Origin: Elsinoe ampelina
Taxonomy: Eukaryota
Direction: 5' to 3'
DNA: 47,965 bases
Assembly (NCBI GenBank): GCA_010093995.1
Contig: ML992509.1
Span: 1,387,850-1,435,814 of the forward strand
Of this stretch, positions 1 to 13,095 are shown one piece after another. Under the pieces are notes generated by a model. It did no database searches. It worked only from the letters and a program-made list of their open reading frames with translations, and had not been told where the DNA came from. Positions within the stretch are counted from its first letter, which is position 1, and every line of letters starts with the position of its first letter. The position numbers and the translations under genes were made by a program.

Positions 1-2
1 GC

Positions 3-290
3 GGCTCTGGGGGCAGTGGCGGTTCTGGAGGAGGAAGCTCTGGTGGCAGTTCTGGTGGGAGCTCTGGCGGGAGCTCTGGTGGCAGTTCTGGCGGGAGTTC
101 TGGTGGCAGTTCAGGCAGCTCTGGCAGCTCAGGCGCTAGCTCTGGTGGTGGAGGCCGCTCAAGTGGCTCAAGTGGCGGAGCAGCAGTCGTCGGTTCTTCT
201 GGCTCGCGCAGCGCTGCCTCAACTCATAGTCAGGCTGTTGGCTTTGTTTCGGTCATTGTTGCTATTTCCGCAGCTTGTCTACTCATTTGA
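3..290 (+). CDS. 3' part of a Gly/Ser-rich, probably GPI-anchored or secreted small protein (5' end lies outside the window)
   Basis: Frame 3 reads GSGGSGGSGGGSSGGSSGG...SRSAASTHSQAVGFVSVIVAISAACLLI to TGA at 288-290. This is a GS low-complexity tract plus a hydrophobic C-terminal tail. The listed ORF 16..312 is a different frame. Confidence 0.7.
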   Translation, partial: GSGGSGGSGGGSSGGSSGGSSGGSSGGSSGGSSGGSSGSSGSSGASSGGGGRSSGSSGGAAVVGSSGSRSAASTHSQAVGFVSVIVAISAACLLI

Positions 291-1036
291 GGATACTGCC
301 ATTGCCATATGATCACCTCATTGTAGGATCCAGGCCTGATCGAATGACTTCACGGAAATGCTTATGTCATAATGAAATGGGGTTGTGCATGGGCGCAAGG
401 GGCATTGTACCACGATCGTAGCTAGATTGTTGAATCGGAAATACGTAGCAATCCACAATCTCATCTTCCTCTTCATTGGATACAGCTCCTGGACAAGTCT
501 CGCACTTGTACCGCACCGTTCAGCGCGTGCTGCATGAATGCCTGGCTGCAAGTTCTGCCTGAGTTCGGATACGAAAGTTGCCGCCTTGCCGGATGCCAGC
601 TCAGCCATTGGTGTTGGCCGTGTGAGCGTTGCAGCATCGCTCGAGAGTGTGAGTGCGGCTAGCTAGCTGCTTTACAGTGGTCGATGAAAATGGGCGGTCT
701 TCCTCATCGAGCCCAGCGTTACATCCTGTGCTTCAGCTGTAGTAATCCCCACAGCGCTCACAGGTCGATGGGACGCACTCTAGACAAGACACCGTGTGTG
801 CTCATTCCTTCGAATGATTATTGTTTGAGGCGGAGTGGTGCTGAAAGCGGCGTCTCGCCTGTGTGATGTGACCAAGCGCAGTTCAAATAGACTCGAATGA
901 CAGGGGCGCCTTGGCGAGTATGAATAGTGCAGATTTATACTGAACATTCTTACTCTTATAGGGGAGCACCAGTCGACACGTCTCTATCAGTCAAATTGGA
1001 TCCTAACGCCCGACGCTTACTGCCAGCGTGTACGCG

Positions 1037-1495
1037 ATGCAGCCCGGTATACCTTGTCTTCTTGCCGTCACGATACTGGCTCCATCATTCACTCAAATGT
1101 GCTTCGCTACAGTAGTGCACCACATCGAGACGGCCTCATCGACTACGACATCCACCCTGGTCACCACCAACGCACTTGATCATGGTCCAAGAAGATCCGA
1201 TTGCCTCTATCGAACGCGATCGGTAGCACAGATGGCGCCAATCGACACAACTAGGACCGCTCATAGTGATCTCACTGTCATCCGCAAGCGGAAGGGCGGG
1301 AGAGGAGGTGGGGGTGGTCGAGGTAGTGGTAGCAGCTCTGCCAGTGGAGGGACCAGCGGTGCAACACAAGTGGGCGCGGCGAGGTCGCCAGGTGTCTCCG
1401 GAAGCACTGCTTCCAGCAGACATGGTGGCGACGTTATCGTCGTCGCCATACTGAGCTATCTGGCTGGCTTGGTCATGCTCGATCTGTTTGTTTAA
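1037..1495 (+). CDS. Small secreted Gly/Ser-rich protein with a probable GPI signal
   Basis: ATG 1037 gives a hydrophobic N-terminus (MQPGIPCLLAVTILAPSFTQMCFA), then a dibasic RKRK site, a GGRGGGGGRGSGSSS tract and a hydrophobic tail (VIVVAILSYLAGLVMLDLFV). Confidence 0.65.
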   Translation: MQPGIPCLLAVTILAPSFTQMCFATVVHHIETASSTTTSTLVTTNALDHGPRRSDCLYRTRSVAQMAPIDTTRTAHSDLTVIRKRKGGRGGGGGRGSGSSSASGGTSGATQVGAARSPGVSGSTASSRHGGDVIVVAILSYLAGLVMLDLFV

Positions 1496-2022
1496 CATTT
1501 CGCCGGAATCCTTTCAAGTCCACGACTATCACCAGCTATTGCTGGGGAAAAGGAACATGATGTGGACGGAGTCAGGAGTAGCCAAGAGAAAATATACTAC
1601 TGTGATCAACTGAGAGGCTCCCTCACCTTTCCAGTCGATGTACTGGAGGGGTTCCTGATTTTGGGTCGTGATGTCAAGCATTGAAGACGAAGTTCAACCA
1701 TGAAAACATCTTCAACGATACCCGTTACGTCCCCCACTCGATCCCCACACGTCCCCCCCGATTGACCCCACATGACGGCAGCTTCCTCGAACAAACTTGA
1801 CCCCTCCTCCCCGCTTCAATGACATGACCTGCAGGATCTCAACGCGTTCCTGACCCTCGGACCAAGGCAGGATAAGTATGTTTGACCGCTAAATTGAGGC
1901 AGTTGAGCTCCCTTCCATCATTCTCGTTTCCAGTCTCTTTGCCATACGAACCTCGAATCCCTTCCCTCACATCAGCCTGTCCTAGTATCCTACCGCATCA
2001 AGACCCCCCCAAACCACCCAAC

Positions 2023-3186
2023 ATGGGCCTCGAAGACATCCCCGACACCATGAAAGCGGTGCAAGCAGTCGAGGTGCGTGCCCGTCCTCCCTCCCACCGA
2101 ACCCATACCTAACCTCCTCCCCCCAAGTTCAACAAACCCTACGAGATCCGCACCATTCCCGTCCCGAAGAAACTCTCCGGGCCCGACCTCCTCATCAAAG
2201 TCGCCTGCGCCTCCTACTGCCACACCGACTCCATGGTGACGGCGGGCATCTTCGCTCCCTCCCTCCCCTGCACCGCCTCCCACGAAGGCGCCGGCACCAT
2301 CGTCGCCATGGGTCCGGACGTGCCCTCCGAGTACAAGATCGGGATGCGCGTGATTGGAGGACTGCCGTACCATCCCTGCAGGACGTGTGAGGACTGTACC
2401 ACGGGGCCGGAGAAGCAGAGGCAGTATTGCCCTAGCGTGGAGAGGCACAATGGTGTGCTGGGGGATGGGTTCTTCGCTGAGTATGCGTTGGTGGATAGCT
2501 GGAATACGACTCCGTTGCCGGATAAGGTGACGTTCGAGGCTGCGGCGCCGTTGGCGTGTGCTGGCAGGACGATCTGGAGAGGGGTGGATCAGACGGGCTT
2601 GGTGGCGGGACAGTGGATCGCATTGGTCGGATCGGGCGGTGGGTTGGGACATCTGGGCATTCAATTCGCGAAGGCGAGGGGGTTGAAGGTCATTGGTGTC
2701 GACGCGAGGGACGAAGGGTTGACGTTGAGCAAAGAGAGCGGAGCTGACGTTGTGGTGGATGCGAGGAAGGGCAAGGAGGAGATCGTCAAGCAGGTCCACG
2801 CTGTTACAGATGGGCAGGGCGTGGATGCCAGCGTCAGTATCAGCGATCACAAGGACGCCACCGGTATTGCTTGCGCCATCACTCGAATGCACGGCGAGGT
2901 CATCCAGATTGCCCAGCCAAAAGAGGTCATCATTCCATTCCACGAATTCATCTTCAGGGACATCAGAGTCAGGGGCAGTCTGCTATGCTCGGAGTTGGAG
3001 AGTAGGAAGATGCTGGACGAGGTAGCCAAGAACAACATCCACACCAAGATGAATCTGTTCCACGGTCTGGACAGCATCCACGAACTGATGGACGTCGTTC
3101 ATGGTGGGAAGATCCAGGGCAAGGCTATCATCATCGTCGATCAGGAGCAGATTGAGCAAGAGAAGAAGCTCGGTGCCAAGGTCTGA
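2023..3186 (+). CDS. Zinc-dependent medium-chain alcohol dehydrogenase (2 exons: 2023-2073, 2128-3186)
   Basis: CHTD and SHEGAG catalytic Zn motifs, structural Zn CxxCxxC...C, and Rossmann-type GSGGGLG. Intron GTGCGT...CTAAC...AAG at 2074-2127 joins the exons in frame. Confidence 0.92.
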
Positions 3187-3519
3187 TATTCGGAAGCAAG
3201 CAAAGAGGCGGAACAGAGCCATGTGGTCGCTTGGGTATCGTCGACTGGAGAATGGTTGCCGGAGCCATGATGTGTTTGAGCGAGGCGTTATGGCTCATGA
3301 GTGGCGATTGAAGACGTGTGCAATCTGAGGACAGATAAAAGGCAGTCATGATGTACGAGTGGGGATGTCGAGCTGCATGACTGGAGATGTTGTATATACT
3401 GAATCCCATACCTGACAATGCCGGTTTGTTCCACTTGACTGCAAAGTCTCCCTTTTGACCCGCTCCGACTGATGAACGCCCGCTGGAATGCTCCCGACCG
3501 AATGTGCTCCGAACTGTCT

Positions 3520-4294
3520 CTACAGCAAGTTCTTGTTCTTCTTGCGATTGAACGCCCTCTGATCTTTGAGCCACCTTCTGTAGTCCGCTACACTGCCAAT
3601 CTTCTCCCCATAGTAGTCCGGCACGGGGTTATTCACCGACGACGAAGTAGGATCCGCTCGGTGTCGCTTGATATGGTTGTAGAAATCTCTCTCCTTCTAT
3701 ACAATTGTCAGCTCGGTCTGAATGCCTTCCCACCACCTCCAGTCTTACCTTCCCGATAGAGTCTTTGATCCTCCTGTTCCACAAGAGAAAGCCAGCGTTT
3801 CCCACGAACGGACCCATCAACCAGCCGAAACCTCCCACGGCTGTAATCGTCAAGCCCAGCGCCAGGAACGGATCCAATCCCGTCACGGAAGCGATCTGGT
3901 TGTCCAGCTCGTATTGTAGCGCCAGAGGTACCGTCACGCCCACGCTACCCAGAGCCGTTCCTACCGACGTGACGAGGTTGACGTAGCGCCTCGTGCGGCG
4001 CATCTTGAGGAAGTCGTTCCAAGCAAGCTGGGGCGGCTCATTGTTTGGTGATTGTTGTGCCGACACGACGTCTCTTCGTGCGGTGGAGGTTGAGAATGCC
4101 GCTCTCTGGAAGACCGAGCTGAGTTTCCTGTTGCTACTTCGACAGATGCTGGTCGTTTGTGATTGTGGCATGGTTCGGAACTGTCGTGTGCGTGACTGGG
4201 GAGATGTGCTTGCGAAGCGGATTGGGGTTTGAAGACATGGTCGCGCTGGTTTCAGCACCAGCGCAATCGAGCTACAGCAGCTTGTCGCCGCCAT
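3520..4294 (-). CDS. PAM17: Mitochondrial presequence translocase-associated motor subunit Pam17 (intron 3697-3748)
   Basis: [15 protein letters not shown] and GWLMGPFVG in exon 1. After splicing: [40 protein letters not shown], a Pam17 signature. Basic presequence-like N-terminus. Confidence 0.92.
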
Positions 4295-4967
4295 TGGATT
4301 GATGCGCGTTATTGACTTTGTGAGGTTGTGACTTTTTGAGCAAGAACGTCGTTGCACAAGTCAAAGCTCGGGAAGTTTGGATGCGATGGAATCGCAAACT
4401 TGGCACATGTGGACCTTCCGAAAGCTTCGCATCGCTGCAGCTCCGAGAACCATGTTAGACGGTCGTCAGAGGGCATCACATCTGGGGATAATCATCGTCG
4501 AATCAAGTGCTTCATTCCTCGCGCTATATCGTACATAATTGATGGGTCTGGCAGTCCTCCGAAGCACATGCAGACCTCCAGACCCATCAAGCTCGCTCTT
4601 GCTCGTGTCCAAAGATGAGAAAGATATCCAAAAGACCTTGCCCTGCACGCCCCGTGCGCCTCAAAACAGCGCGGTGTAGGTGCGGTATTGGTGATGCATG
4701 ATAAATCGGAAAGGGTATCTCGACGCACCCGCACCGCGCTTCAATGCTTTTCCACCCCAAAAATCACCAAAAGACAGTTTGCTCCTCCCCTGGTATTTTC
4801 TGGTCGTTGTGGTGCCTAGTAGGTGTGGTAAATGATGATGTGAGCCGTTCGAATCGGCAATTCGAGCAGTCTGCTAAGAATGAAAGCGGGCTGACGGGTA
4901 GCCGCTGAGGGGAAGAACAAGTGCAGGATTACAATCGAGTGTGAAGGCAAGGACATGCTGAAACCAG

Positions 4968-7173
4968 CTACACCTTTACAGCGGACAGGCTAGGAGTCTC
5001 GTTCTTTTGTGGCGTTGTCTCCGGCTCGGTGTCTCCAGTCGAGTTCGACGGTTGAGTGTGGGAAGTCGGAGGTCGCTGGTTTTCCGGCGTCGATCTGCCT
5101 GTTGCAGAAGCATCGCTGCCAGACGATGAGGTCAAGGCACGCTCCTCGACAGCCGAGTCGACGGGTGGCGGCCTGCGCTCAAGCTCCGGATATTCGGGGA
5201 AGGGTGTGTTGAGATGCTCGTACTCTGCACGAAGGAACTCGTTCTCGGTGTAGCAGCCCTGCCAGCATTGCCGCCAGTCACCTACGAGTGTGTAGAAGAC
5301 ACGTCCGTCCAGCTTGAGAGATTGGTTGAAGCATCGATAGAGGTTGTCCAGGGTCATTTTGTTTTTCGGTTCGTGGGACAGGAGGAGGCTGAGATGACAG
5401 GTAATGGCGAAAAGGAGGTAGTAGTTGAATGGCGGGAGATTCGAAAGTTCATCGCGGAATGATTGAGGCACTGGCTTTTTGCCAGGCACCTCCGTGGGTA
5501 GTGTGGCCGCGACTTTGGCCTGGCGTGACTTTGGAAAAATCTCCTCTGGCAATTCTCTGATCCATTCCTTGAAGAGTGAGGCAATAACACTGGCATCGTA
5601 GAGATCCGGCTCGTCGAGCAGATTAATGTCGCGCTCTGTAGCAGTGGTCAGCTTGGATCGTGCAGTATCTGCCGGTCTTGTGCTTACCAGTATCGAATCG
5701 CCTCCTCCACCGCCGGACCATCGTGAGGCCGCCAGATACTCTGTACAGTCCTTCTTCCTCACATTTGCCATTGAGATAGCTATGCATCTGTCAGTCGCCA
5801 ATCAACTCTGTGATCTGAGGTTTCGTACTCTATGCATCGCCACGGGAGTGCAGGCATCCAGAACTCGGTCTTGTCGCGACAATTGTCATAAGACTTTGCT
5901 ATCCTGGTCTCCCGTGTCTGCTGAATGAGCGGCAACTTTAGCAGCCGTGGTTCAAAATCCTCTTCAACTCCCATGCCGACCTTATCCGTGCTGCTGCTGC
6001 TTCTGGTCAATTTGCTGAAGAACCCCCGACTTGCTTTGCTGACGAAGCCTTCTGACGCCTTGGACGAGGCAAAGAAGCCAGAGCCATTCGACTTGTGGTA
6101 TGACTTTGAGAATCCATCGCGTGAAGACTTTTCCTCGACTTTTTTGTCTTTCTTCGGCTTCGCTTTAGCCTGTTTTTCAGCCTCTCGTTGGTCGGGTATG
6201 CCTCGGTCTTCCGACCGCGTTCTGTTGGTGTTGGACGATTTGAGGGCGCCTTTCAATGATCGGTCTTTGTCTGCAGGCGCAGATCGCGCGACATCGCCAT
6301 TGGTGTCTACATGTGTTGGAGTGCCGTTCGTCTGCTTGGTAATGGGTCGTGTCGGTGTGGCCGGCGCGGAAGACATTTGTGCATCAGCGCCGCGTTGCGA
6401 TTTGGACTTGGTGCGCGAGAGGACGCCCAAACGCTTTGTGGAGAAGCGTGATTTTCTCTTCTCTTGCGGCGGCGCTGCGGCTGATTGAGGAGGGTTGGCG
6501 GTGGTATACGAGGCGAGCGGAATACTGTGGTGGTGAGAGTGATTGGGCGCTCTCGATTCAGAAGTCGGCTGCTGGGATTGGGATTCTTGGTTCTGCACAG
6601 ACCACACAACGGCTATTGGATCAATCAGTTTCCAGCCGCTAACACTACCAGATCCGTCACATCGTTTCTAAGAGATGATCACTTACAAGTAACAGGCAGT
6701 TCGTCCTGTCTGTTCGTCATTGCCCGGCTGATTCTCTGGAATTTTGAAGAAGTCAATTCCGGCGTCGAACCGGGCGCTTTGTTCATGTACGGCGATGCAC
6801 CCTTTGTCCGTCTCCCAAAACTCTTTGTCGACTTTCCAGACGTCTCAGTTCGCGAAGATGACCTGCTGGAAGGTCGGCTGGGGGGTTGTGTGACCTTGTG
6901 CACCGTATCCTGCAATCGACTCATCGACTTGGACGCTGCGAGATTGCTGAAGAATGATTGGGCGCGCTCGCGGTCCCGTTCCCTTGCGCGATCGGACTCG
7001 AAGTTGGGCGAGGAGATGGAAGATGGCAAAGGCGACGGACCAGGTACATCTCTTGCGTCGAGCGCTGAGATGTCGATGCCGTGTAGATTGATGGGACTGC
7101 TCATCCGCTTGACCACCTCCTTGAACGAGCCGTCCTGCGAGACATCGATGCGGAGCTGCTGTTTCGCTGGCAT
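4968..7173 (-). CDS. RhoGAP-domain protein (introns about 6613-6686, 5780-5828, 5636-5687)
   Basis: Spliced product contains FWMPALPWRCIDYLN..EEEGLYRVSG (arginine finger), ASLFKEWIRELPEEIFP and NKMTLDNL. It joins listed ORFs 6679..7173, 5780..6607 and 4968..5801 through canonical splice sites. Confidence 0.88.
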
Positions 7174-8321
7174 CTTGCAAGATCTATTCAGGACGGATCT
7201 TGCACATGAGAAAGATCCTTGATCTCCAGTGGTGAAGTCTGTTTGCGTCCACTTGATAGCTCCGCCTGAAACGCAAGGAGTAGCCAGGGATATCAGTATG
7301 AGGCCCTAGCTCTTCGCTCTATGCCGCTACGCGTGACAGTGTGCTGCCTTCGAGCGTTGTGTCCCCGCCGCCTCCAGAGCAAAGAGCTGACAACGTGTAG
7401 CTTGGTCTGCGGAATCGGCGTCACCGTTTGGACAAATGCCTTCAAGGTCCAACGACAACGGTCCACGCAACGCACAAGACTGGTGCGGCGGAGTGTGAAG
7501 ACCAAACGGGTCCGGCGGTTATATCGAGATCGCGGTGCTACGAGAACAAGTATGTGCTTGTAGCGTCCATGGAATGGAGTGGTGGGGCGGGGGCGGGCAA
7601 AGAATTTGAGAGGCGCTGCGACCACACGCGGGTCGTTGAAATGTACGTAGATAGTATCAATTGAGAAGCAAGAAGGAAGGAACACAACAGAGCACAGGCA
7701 CGAGAACAATCCTCTGGATCCCAGCCAAAGCTGCTGACGCACAGAGACGATAGGGCAGCGGGACGTTTCAGAAGCATTGCATGCAGAAGCTAGGCGCTAG
7801 AAGGGGCCCCTGGTCACCAGAGATGCAAAATAGTGGCTTGCGCAAGCTTCCGTCCAGGGCCAGCGGACCATTCTGCGGAGGCACGGGAAGGCGATGCTAG
7901 ATTCGCTGGTCATGAACAAGGTCAATATGATGCACTCTACAATGCTAGCCATGCTCGAACGACTCGACTTGGCATCAAGCAATACTCTGAAAAGACACAC
8001 AGCTGTGGTGCAAACACAGCAAAGACTGGCGTGTGGAGATGGAGGGCGGGAGCATGCACATCTTGCTCCCGAATCCTTGGGAACAAGGGGAAAAGACGAC
8101 GGCACGGCCACAGATCTCGCGGCAAAAGCGCCCAAGCCGCCGGTCGAAGACGGAGGATCTGCAAACTGCGTTCCCATTCGCCCAAACTTCGCTTGATCTC
8201 CACTGGCGCATCCTCGTCATTTCAAAAGCGATCTCTTCTTCTCCTTTTTCAGCTACACGCGTGTCCAAATTTGGACGCAGACTCTCACGTCCTCCCACTA
8301 ATCGCTCGCAAGTTCACCGCC

Positions 8322-9486
8322 ATGGCTTCGACTGACTTTACTTTGCCGTCTTCAGCCAGCCCGGATGCTGCCCTCGCGCCCAAGCTCCACGTGGAGCAGC
8401 ACATCCGCTATGTCCAAACGCTGGACGACGTACGCATCCTTCGTAACGTCTGCCTCGGTCATGGCTGACCCCACGGCAGAGGCGAGATGAATATGAGTAC
8501 TGGCTGAGTGAACACCTCCGAGTTAGTGGAGTCTATTGGGGTCTCACCGCACTCCACCTCCTTGGACGACCCAATGCCTTGCCGAGAGACAAGCTGCTAG
8601 ATTTCGTCTTGTCGTGTTGGCAGCCTAATGGTGGTTTCGGCGCCGCGCCCGGCCACGATGCTCACATGCTGTATACTGTCAGCTCTGTGCAGATACTGGC
8701 CTTGCTTGATGGCTGGACGGAGGCAGATGCCCGGCAAGCCGACAGCAAGGCTATCATATCAAAGTGTAAGTCGTTCGCCGTACTCACCTGCGGCCCTCCC
8801 TCTGACCCGAATCACAGATATTGTGAGCCTCCAGGATCAGGCAACAGGCACCTTCGCCGGCGATCAATATGGCGAGACAGATACCCGCTTCCTGTACGGC
8901 GCCTTCAATGCTCTCTCCCTCATGAATCACCTACAAGATGCAGAGGTAGAAAAAGCCGTGCAGCATATCAAGTCCTGTGAGAATGTAGACGGTGGTTTTG
9001 GCACAACGCCCGGTGCTGAATCACACTCTGGTCAAGTTTTCACTTGTGTAGGAGCTCTGGCAATCGCTGGGCGGTTGGATCTGGTCGACACCGACCGCCT
9101 CGGTGGATGGCTCAGTGAAAGGCAAGTGCTCAACGGAGGTCTCAATGGCAGACCAGAAAAGCTGGAGGATGTATGTTACTCATGGTGGGTCCTCAGCCCA
9201 TTGGCTGCGATTGAGCGACTACATTGGATCGATAAAGACAAGATGGCATCCTTCATTCTATCCTGCCAAGATCCACAAGGCGGTGGCTTCGCAGATCGGC
9301 CGGAAGACATGGTCGACGTCTTTCATACCTGCTTCGCTATCGCTGGGCTCAGTCTCCTCGGCTACGCTGATCTGGAACCTGTGGATCCCGTGTAGTAAGT
9401 AAAGACCTTCGCTCTGACCTTGTATACCTCCGCTGACTGGTCCAAGCTGCATGCCGAAATCTGTCACATCTACGATCAGTCGTTGA
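8322..9486 (+). CDS. BET2: Rab geranylgeranyltransferase (type II) beta subunit (introns 8430-8479, 8766-8817, 9395-9446)
   Basis: [20 protein letters not shown], prenyltransferase repeats [27 protein letters not shown], and spliced C-terminus VDPVYCMP. Confidence 0.93.
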
Positions 9487-10163
9487 GAAGAAGACCATGT
9501 TCATCAGTAAAAACTGCCGACTGCTCCGATAACAACGACAAGACGCGAGCAGAAGCCATGCATCGTGCAGCAACACATGCTACCTCTTGTAATCTAATAT
9601 CTTGGAGCGGCTACCCATGCCCTCCCGGCTACAAATCAAGAGAAGACGAATCATGCTCTCCAGCTCCATCAATTGCCGACGCACCACTTATGTCGCTGGC
9701 ATTGGACTGTGGTCAACATACTTCACGGACTGGATGAGAAGCTACTTCGCTTGGGATATCCAGGCATGTGGGTTATCCATTGTTAAGAGTATCTAGACTT
9801 GCATTTGCATTCCTGCTGTCATTTTGCGTTCTCTTCACCGTGACATTTTATGTGCACAAGTCGAGCTCACTCGACGACCCACACGAGCCCGGTGCGGGCA
9901 AACGTCACCACAATCTGGCCGATCAGTTTCTGGCAGTGGTGGTGTCGAGCCGGCAGGTGCGAAGCTCTACCCAAACCAGACTGCTGGGATTCACTCATGC
10001 CTTTCTCTTCTACTCATCAATCCATCACTGCCTGATTGAAGGACTCTTGAATTTCATCAGCAGCAGCGGCGTCTTCATTGATTCTGCACTTGGTCGTCCT
10101 TCCTTTCAGCTCCTTCGTGCATATTCACGATTGGCAATTGCATCAAATTCACAAGCAGCAACA

Positions 10164-11821
10164 ATGGACATAGCTTATACAACACCAGCATTTCATCCCC
10201 AGCCCGGTAGAGCCTCAACTACCGACATTCCTCTCAACTGCAACATTTGTCCAAAGAAGCCAAAATTCAGCGACGTCTCTCATCTGCTCACACACATTGC
10301 CAGCAAAGCTCATTTGTCCACCTACTACAAGATCAAAGTCCGTTCTGCACAGGAAGCTGCTTCCCGATCGCTGATTGACGAGTACGATGTCTGGTACACC
10401 GACAATGGCATCGAGGACCTCATGTCCGAACGGCTCAACTTGAAGGAGCAAAAGAGGAAGATGAAGGCACAGCAGAAGGCGGACAACAAGACGAGTAAGC
10501 TTGCATCGACCGAGCTCCCAGCATCATTTGACCTGTCGACAGTCCCCGTACGTACAAGAAGAGTCGATGATGGTTGGTATAACCCTTTCTGTGCCTGATC
10601 ATCTCAAGCTAATGACAGGCAGTCAATCGTACTCACCCTGATTCGGTCGAGCAACGGCCAATGCTACCCTATGACTTTGGTAAAGTCGATCCCGAGCTGT
10701 ATCATGACAGTATCAAGCAAGAATTAGACGACGCACACGGCGTTGTGCCTTCCATCGAGTACGATTCACAGTACGAGGTCCCGCCCTGGATGCCGTGGGC
10801 TTCAAATCACCACCAGCCTGACCCATACACCTTTGACAATGGACTGCCGACACCGGACTCCTTTCCGGAAACCCCGAAGAGCCGCCATCTCGTCTTCCTG
10901 GAAGGCATCGAGGAAGCTGCCGCCCCCAGCAACGAAGGAGAGACGCAACACAACGACTCCACTCTCCTCAAAGGCATCATCTGGCCAGGCATGGATCTGT
11001 TCGACTCTGCAACACCCGAGATGCGCCGCAAACGCAACCAGAAGAAGTCCCTCGATGTGGTCGATCGTCTCCAAGCGACATCGAACATGATCGAAGCCAC
11101 CGAGGTCGTCTATACCCCAGAGATCATCGAGTCCAAAGCCCGTGCCATCACCGGGCTCCCTCACTCGTCTGTCAGTCCTTTCAAGAAGGCTGCTGCCCCT
11201 CCAGCAAAGAAAGTCCGTGTATCTTCTGCGGCCGGACGCTCGCTCGCGGTCCAGGATGCCAGTATTCCTCCGCTCAAGCGTCGTGCTCGTACAAGTTCGG
11301 CACGTACGACAGTAGCAAATGGCACAGGGAAGCCGAAGCGTGGCCGAAAGCCCAAGGCGGCGACTACACCAGCTCTGGAAATTGGTACATCTCCTGAAAA
11401 GGTATTCAAGGAGGTAGAGACGCCAGTCCAAGTAGCGGCCAATGTTCTGGCGGTGTTGAACTCGCCGTTCTCCTACGTCGCGCCCTCCGGTGACACAGCT
11501 GCAAGCACGTTCCGCACGGCGCCGAGGTACTATACCGATCATGAGACTCATCGTCCTGGTCCTGAGCCACTGCGTGCCAACGACAGCTTCAACTCCTATG
11601 GTGGCAACAACAGTACTTCTGCCTTCGCCAACCCCTTCTACAACCCTTTCAACTTCCAATACACACCGGCTTCTTCTGATTCGACCTCGCTACCCAGCTG
11701 GGACTTTATGAGCCAGGATCTCGCCACAATCCTTGCCAACCCTTCGTTCTTGCATTCGAGCCATCCCGGCGATGACGACGATGATGAAAGGACTATATCA
11801 GCACCTCTGTCGGAGCAGTGA
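10164..11821 (+). CDS. Uncharacterised fungal protein with an N-terminal C2H2-like Zn finger and a basic/disordered C-terminus (intron 10495-10622)
   Basis: CNICPKKPKFSDVSHLLTHIASKAH motif in exon 1. Exon 2 has LKGIIWPGMDLFDSATPEMRRKRNQKK and an AT-hook/NLS-like KPKRGRKPK. The splice joins ORFs 9768..10598 and 10661..11821 in frame. Confidence 0.75.
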
Positions 11822-12318
11822 GCAGGCTGCTGTCAACGCGCATGCCTCAGCAAGAGAAGGAACCAACAACATTGTATGATATCATGGTAGTCATTTCGAG
11901 CATGGCGTTGCTGGTCAATGAGTCAGATGTAATGGTTAGACATGTATGGTTTCTGATGCAGTGTACGTTATATAGGTCAGCAAGTATGTAATGAATCAAC
12001 CGTCAAGACTTCATGTCCGTGCTATCAGATCCGTCCCGGATGGGATGCAGCGGCCATGCAGGCGACTGGCACAATCCAGCAAGTGGAAAGATGTGACCGA
12101 GCTATGCATGCCTTCGTCCGGTCGGGAGTGCGGCGACTATCAATCACGACTCGACACAGAGCATCATAGACGATTGTGCTCGAGGAAATGCGTACACATT
12201 GAAATGATTAACTACAGCTCATGCATGGCATACTGGCTTACGCCATCTGTCGTCGATGTGTAGTCTACTCTTGACAATTCTAAGTTCTAGAAATACACAG
12301 CACAGATCTTCACTTGAC

Positions 12319-13095
12319 TCAATGCTTGATGACCCTCGTCTTCACCCCAGCCGCGGGCCTATGCAGCTTATCCTGTATCCGCTTCTCAAACGCCTCGACC
12401 ATGTACTCCGCTACTTTTGGTGCGGCCGCAGCGCTCAATGCCTCATAGATAGGATTGGTGAACCTGTATTCGATGTTGAGCACCACTTCCGTCTGCTCTT
12501 GAGCTGGGATATTGCCTGTCTCTTCGACCGGGTTCTGGTGGCTCTTCAATGGGCCGGGCTTGAAGGGGAAGGGGCGGAGCTCCCATGTTGTTCTCAGGTG
12601 GGTGAGGACATCGCTCTTGCGGGAGGGGTCTGAGTCTGCCGACGGGCGGGGGTTGTGGTGCTCCAGGCTCTTCGGGGAGAGGGAGGTCTCGACTGAAGGG
12701 CCGGAGATTGCTTCTACTGTTTCGTAGGGGACGCAATGCACGCGAGACGTGAATGACTGGGAGATGCCACCGCTGAAGCTGATGACGAGGGTTGCTTCTT
12801 CGGGGTAGGTTTGGGATGTTGAGGGATGTTGCTTGGATTGCTTGGTGACGTTTGAGGAGCTACAGAAGGGGATGAAGGAGTGGTAGGAGCCAATGTCAGA
12901 GATGATTTCGTAGACAGCTTTGGCTGGGTATGGGACGGTGCGTTGCGTAGTGAGCACTTGAGGAGAGTTTGAGAGTGGGTTCGTGAAGCTACGCGTCTGT
13001 GTTCTGATGAAGCTGGGTATCGTTTGCGTTTGCGCAGTTGATGGTATGCGCCTCGAGGAGGACAACCAAGGTCTCACCGCGCGTGCTGTGGCCAT
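12319..13095 (-). CDS. COQ10: Coenzyme Q-binding START/SRPBCC-domain protein Coq10
   Basis: Mitochondrial presequence, VYEIISDIGSYHSFIPFC, FTSRV, LRTTWEL, and YRFTNPIYEAL..VEAFEKR. Confidence 0.85.
   Translation of the reverse strand: MATARAVRPWLSSSRRIPSTAQTQTIPSFIRTQTRSFTNPLSNSPQVLTTQRTVPYPAKAVYEIISDIGSYHSFIPFCSSSNVTKQSKQHPSTSQTYPEEATLVISFSGGISQSFTSRVHCVPYETVEAISGPSVETSLSPKSLEHHNPRPSADSDPSRKSDVLTHLRTTWELRPFPFKPGPLKSHQNPVEETGNIPAQEQTEVVLNIEYRFTNPIYEALSAAAAPKVAEYMVEAFEKRIQDKLHRPAAGVKTRVIKH

Noticed and set aside
16..312. 98-aa Ala/Leu/Val-rich ORF
   Set aside because: An alternative frame of the Gly/Ser-rich CDS in frame 3.
1990..2943. 317-aa minus-strand ORF, and similar antisense ORFs such as 6485..7222, 10802..11659 and 20075..20716
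   Set aside because: Antisense shadows of genes on the other strand; no motifs of their own.
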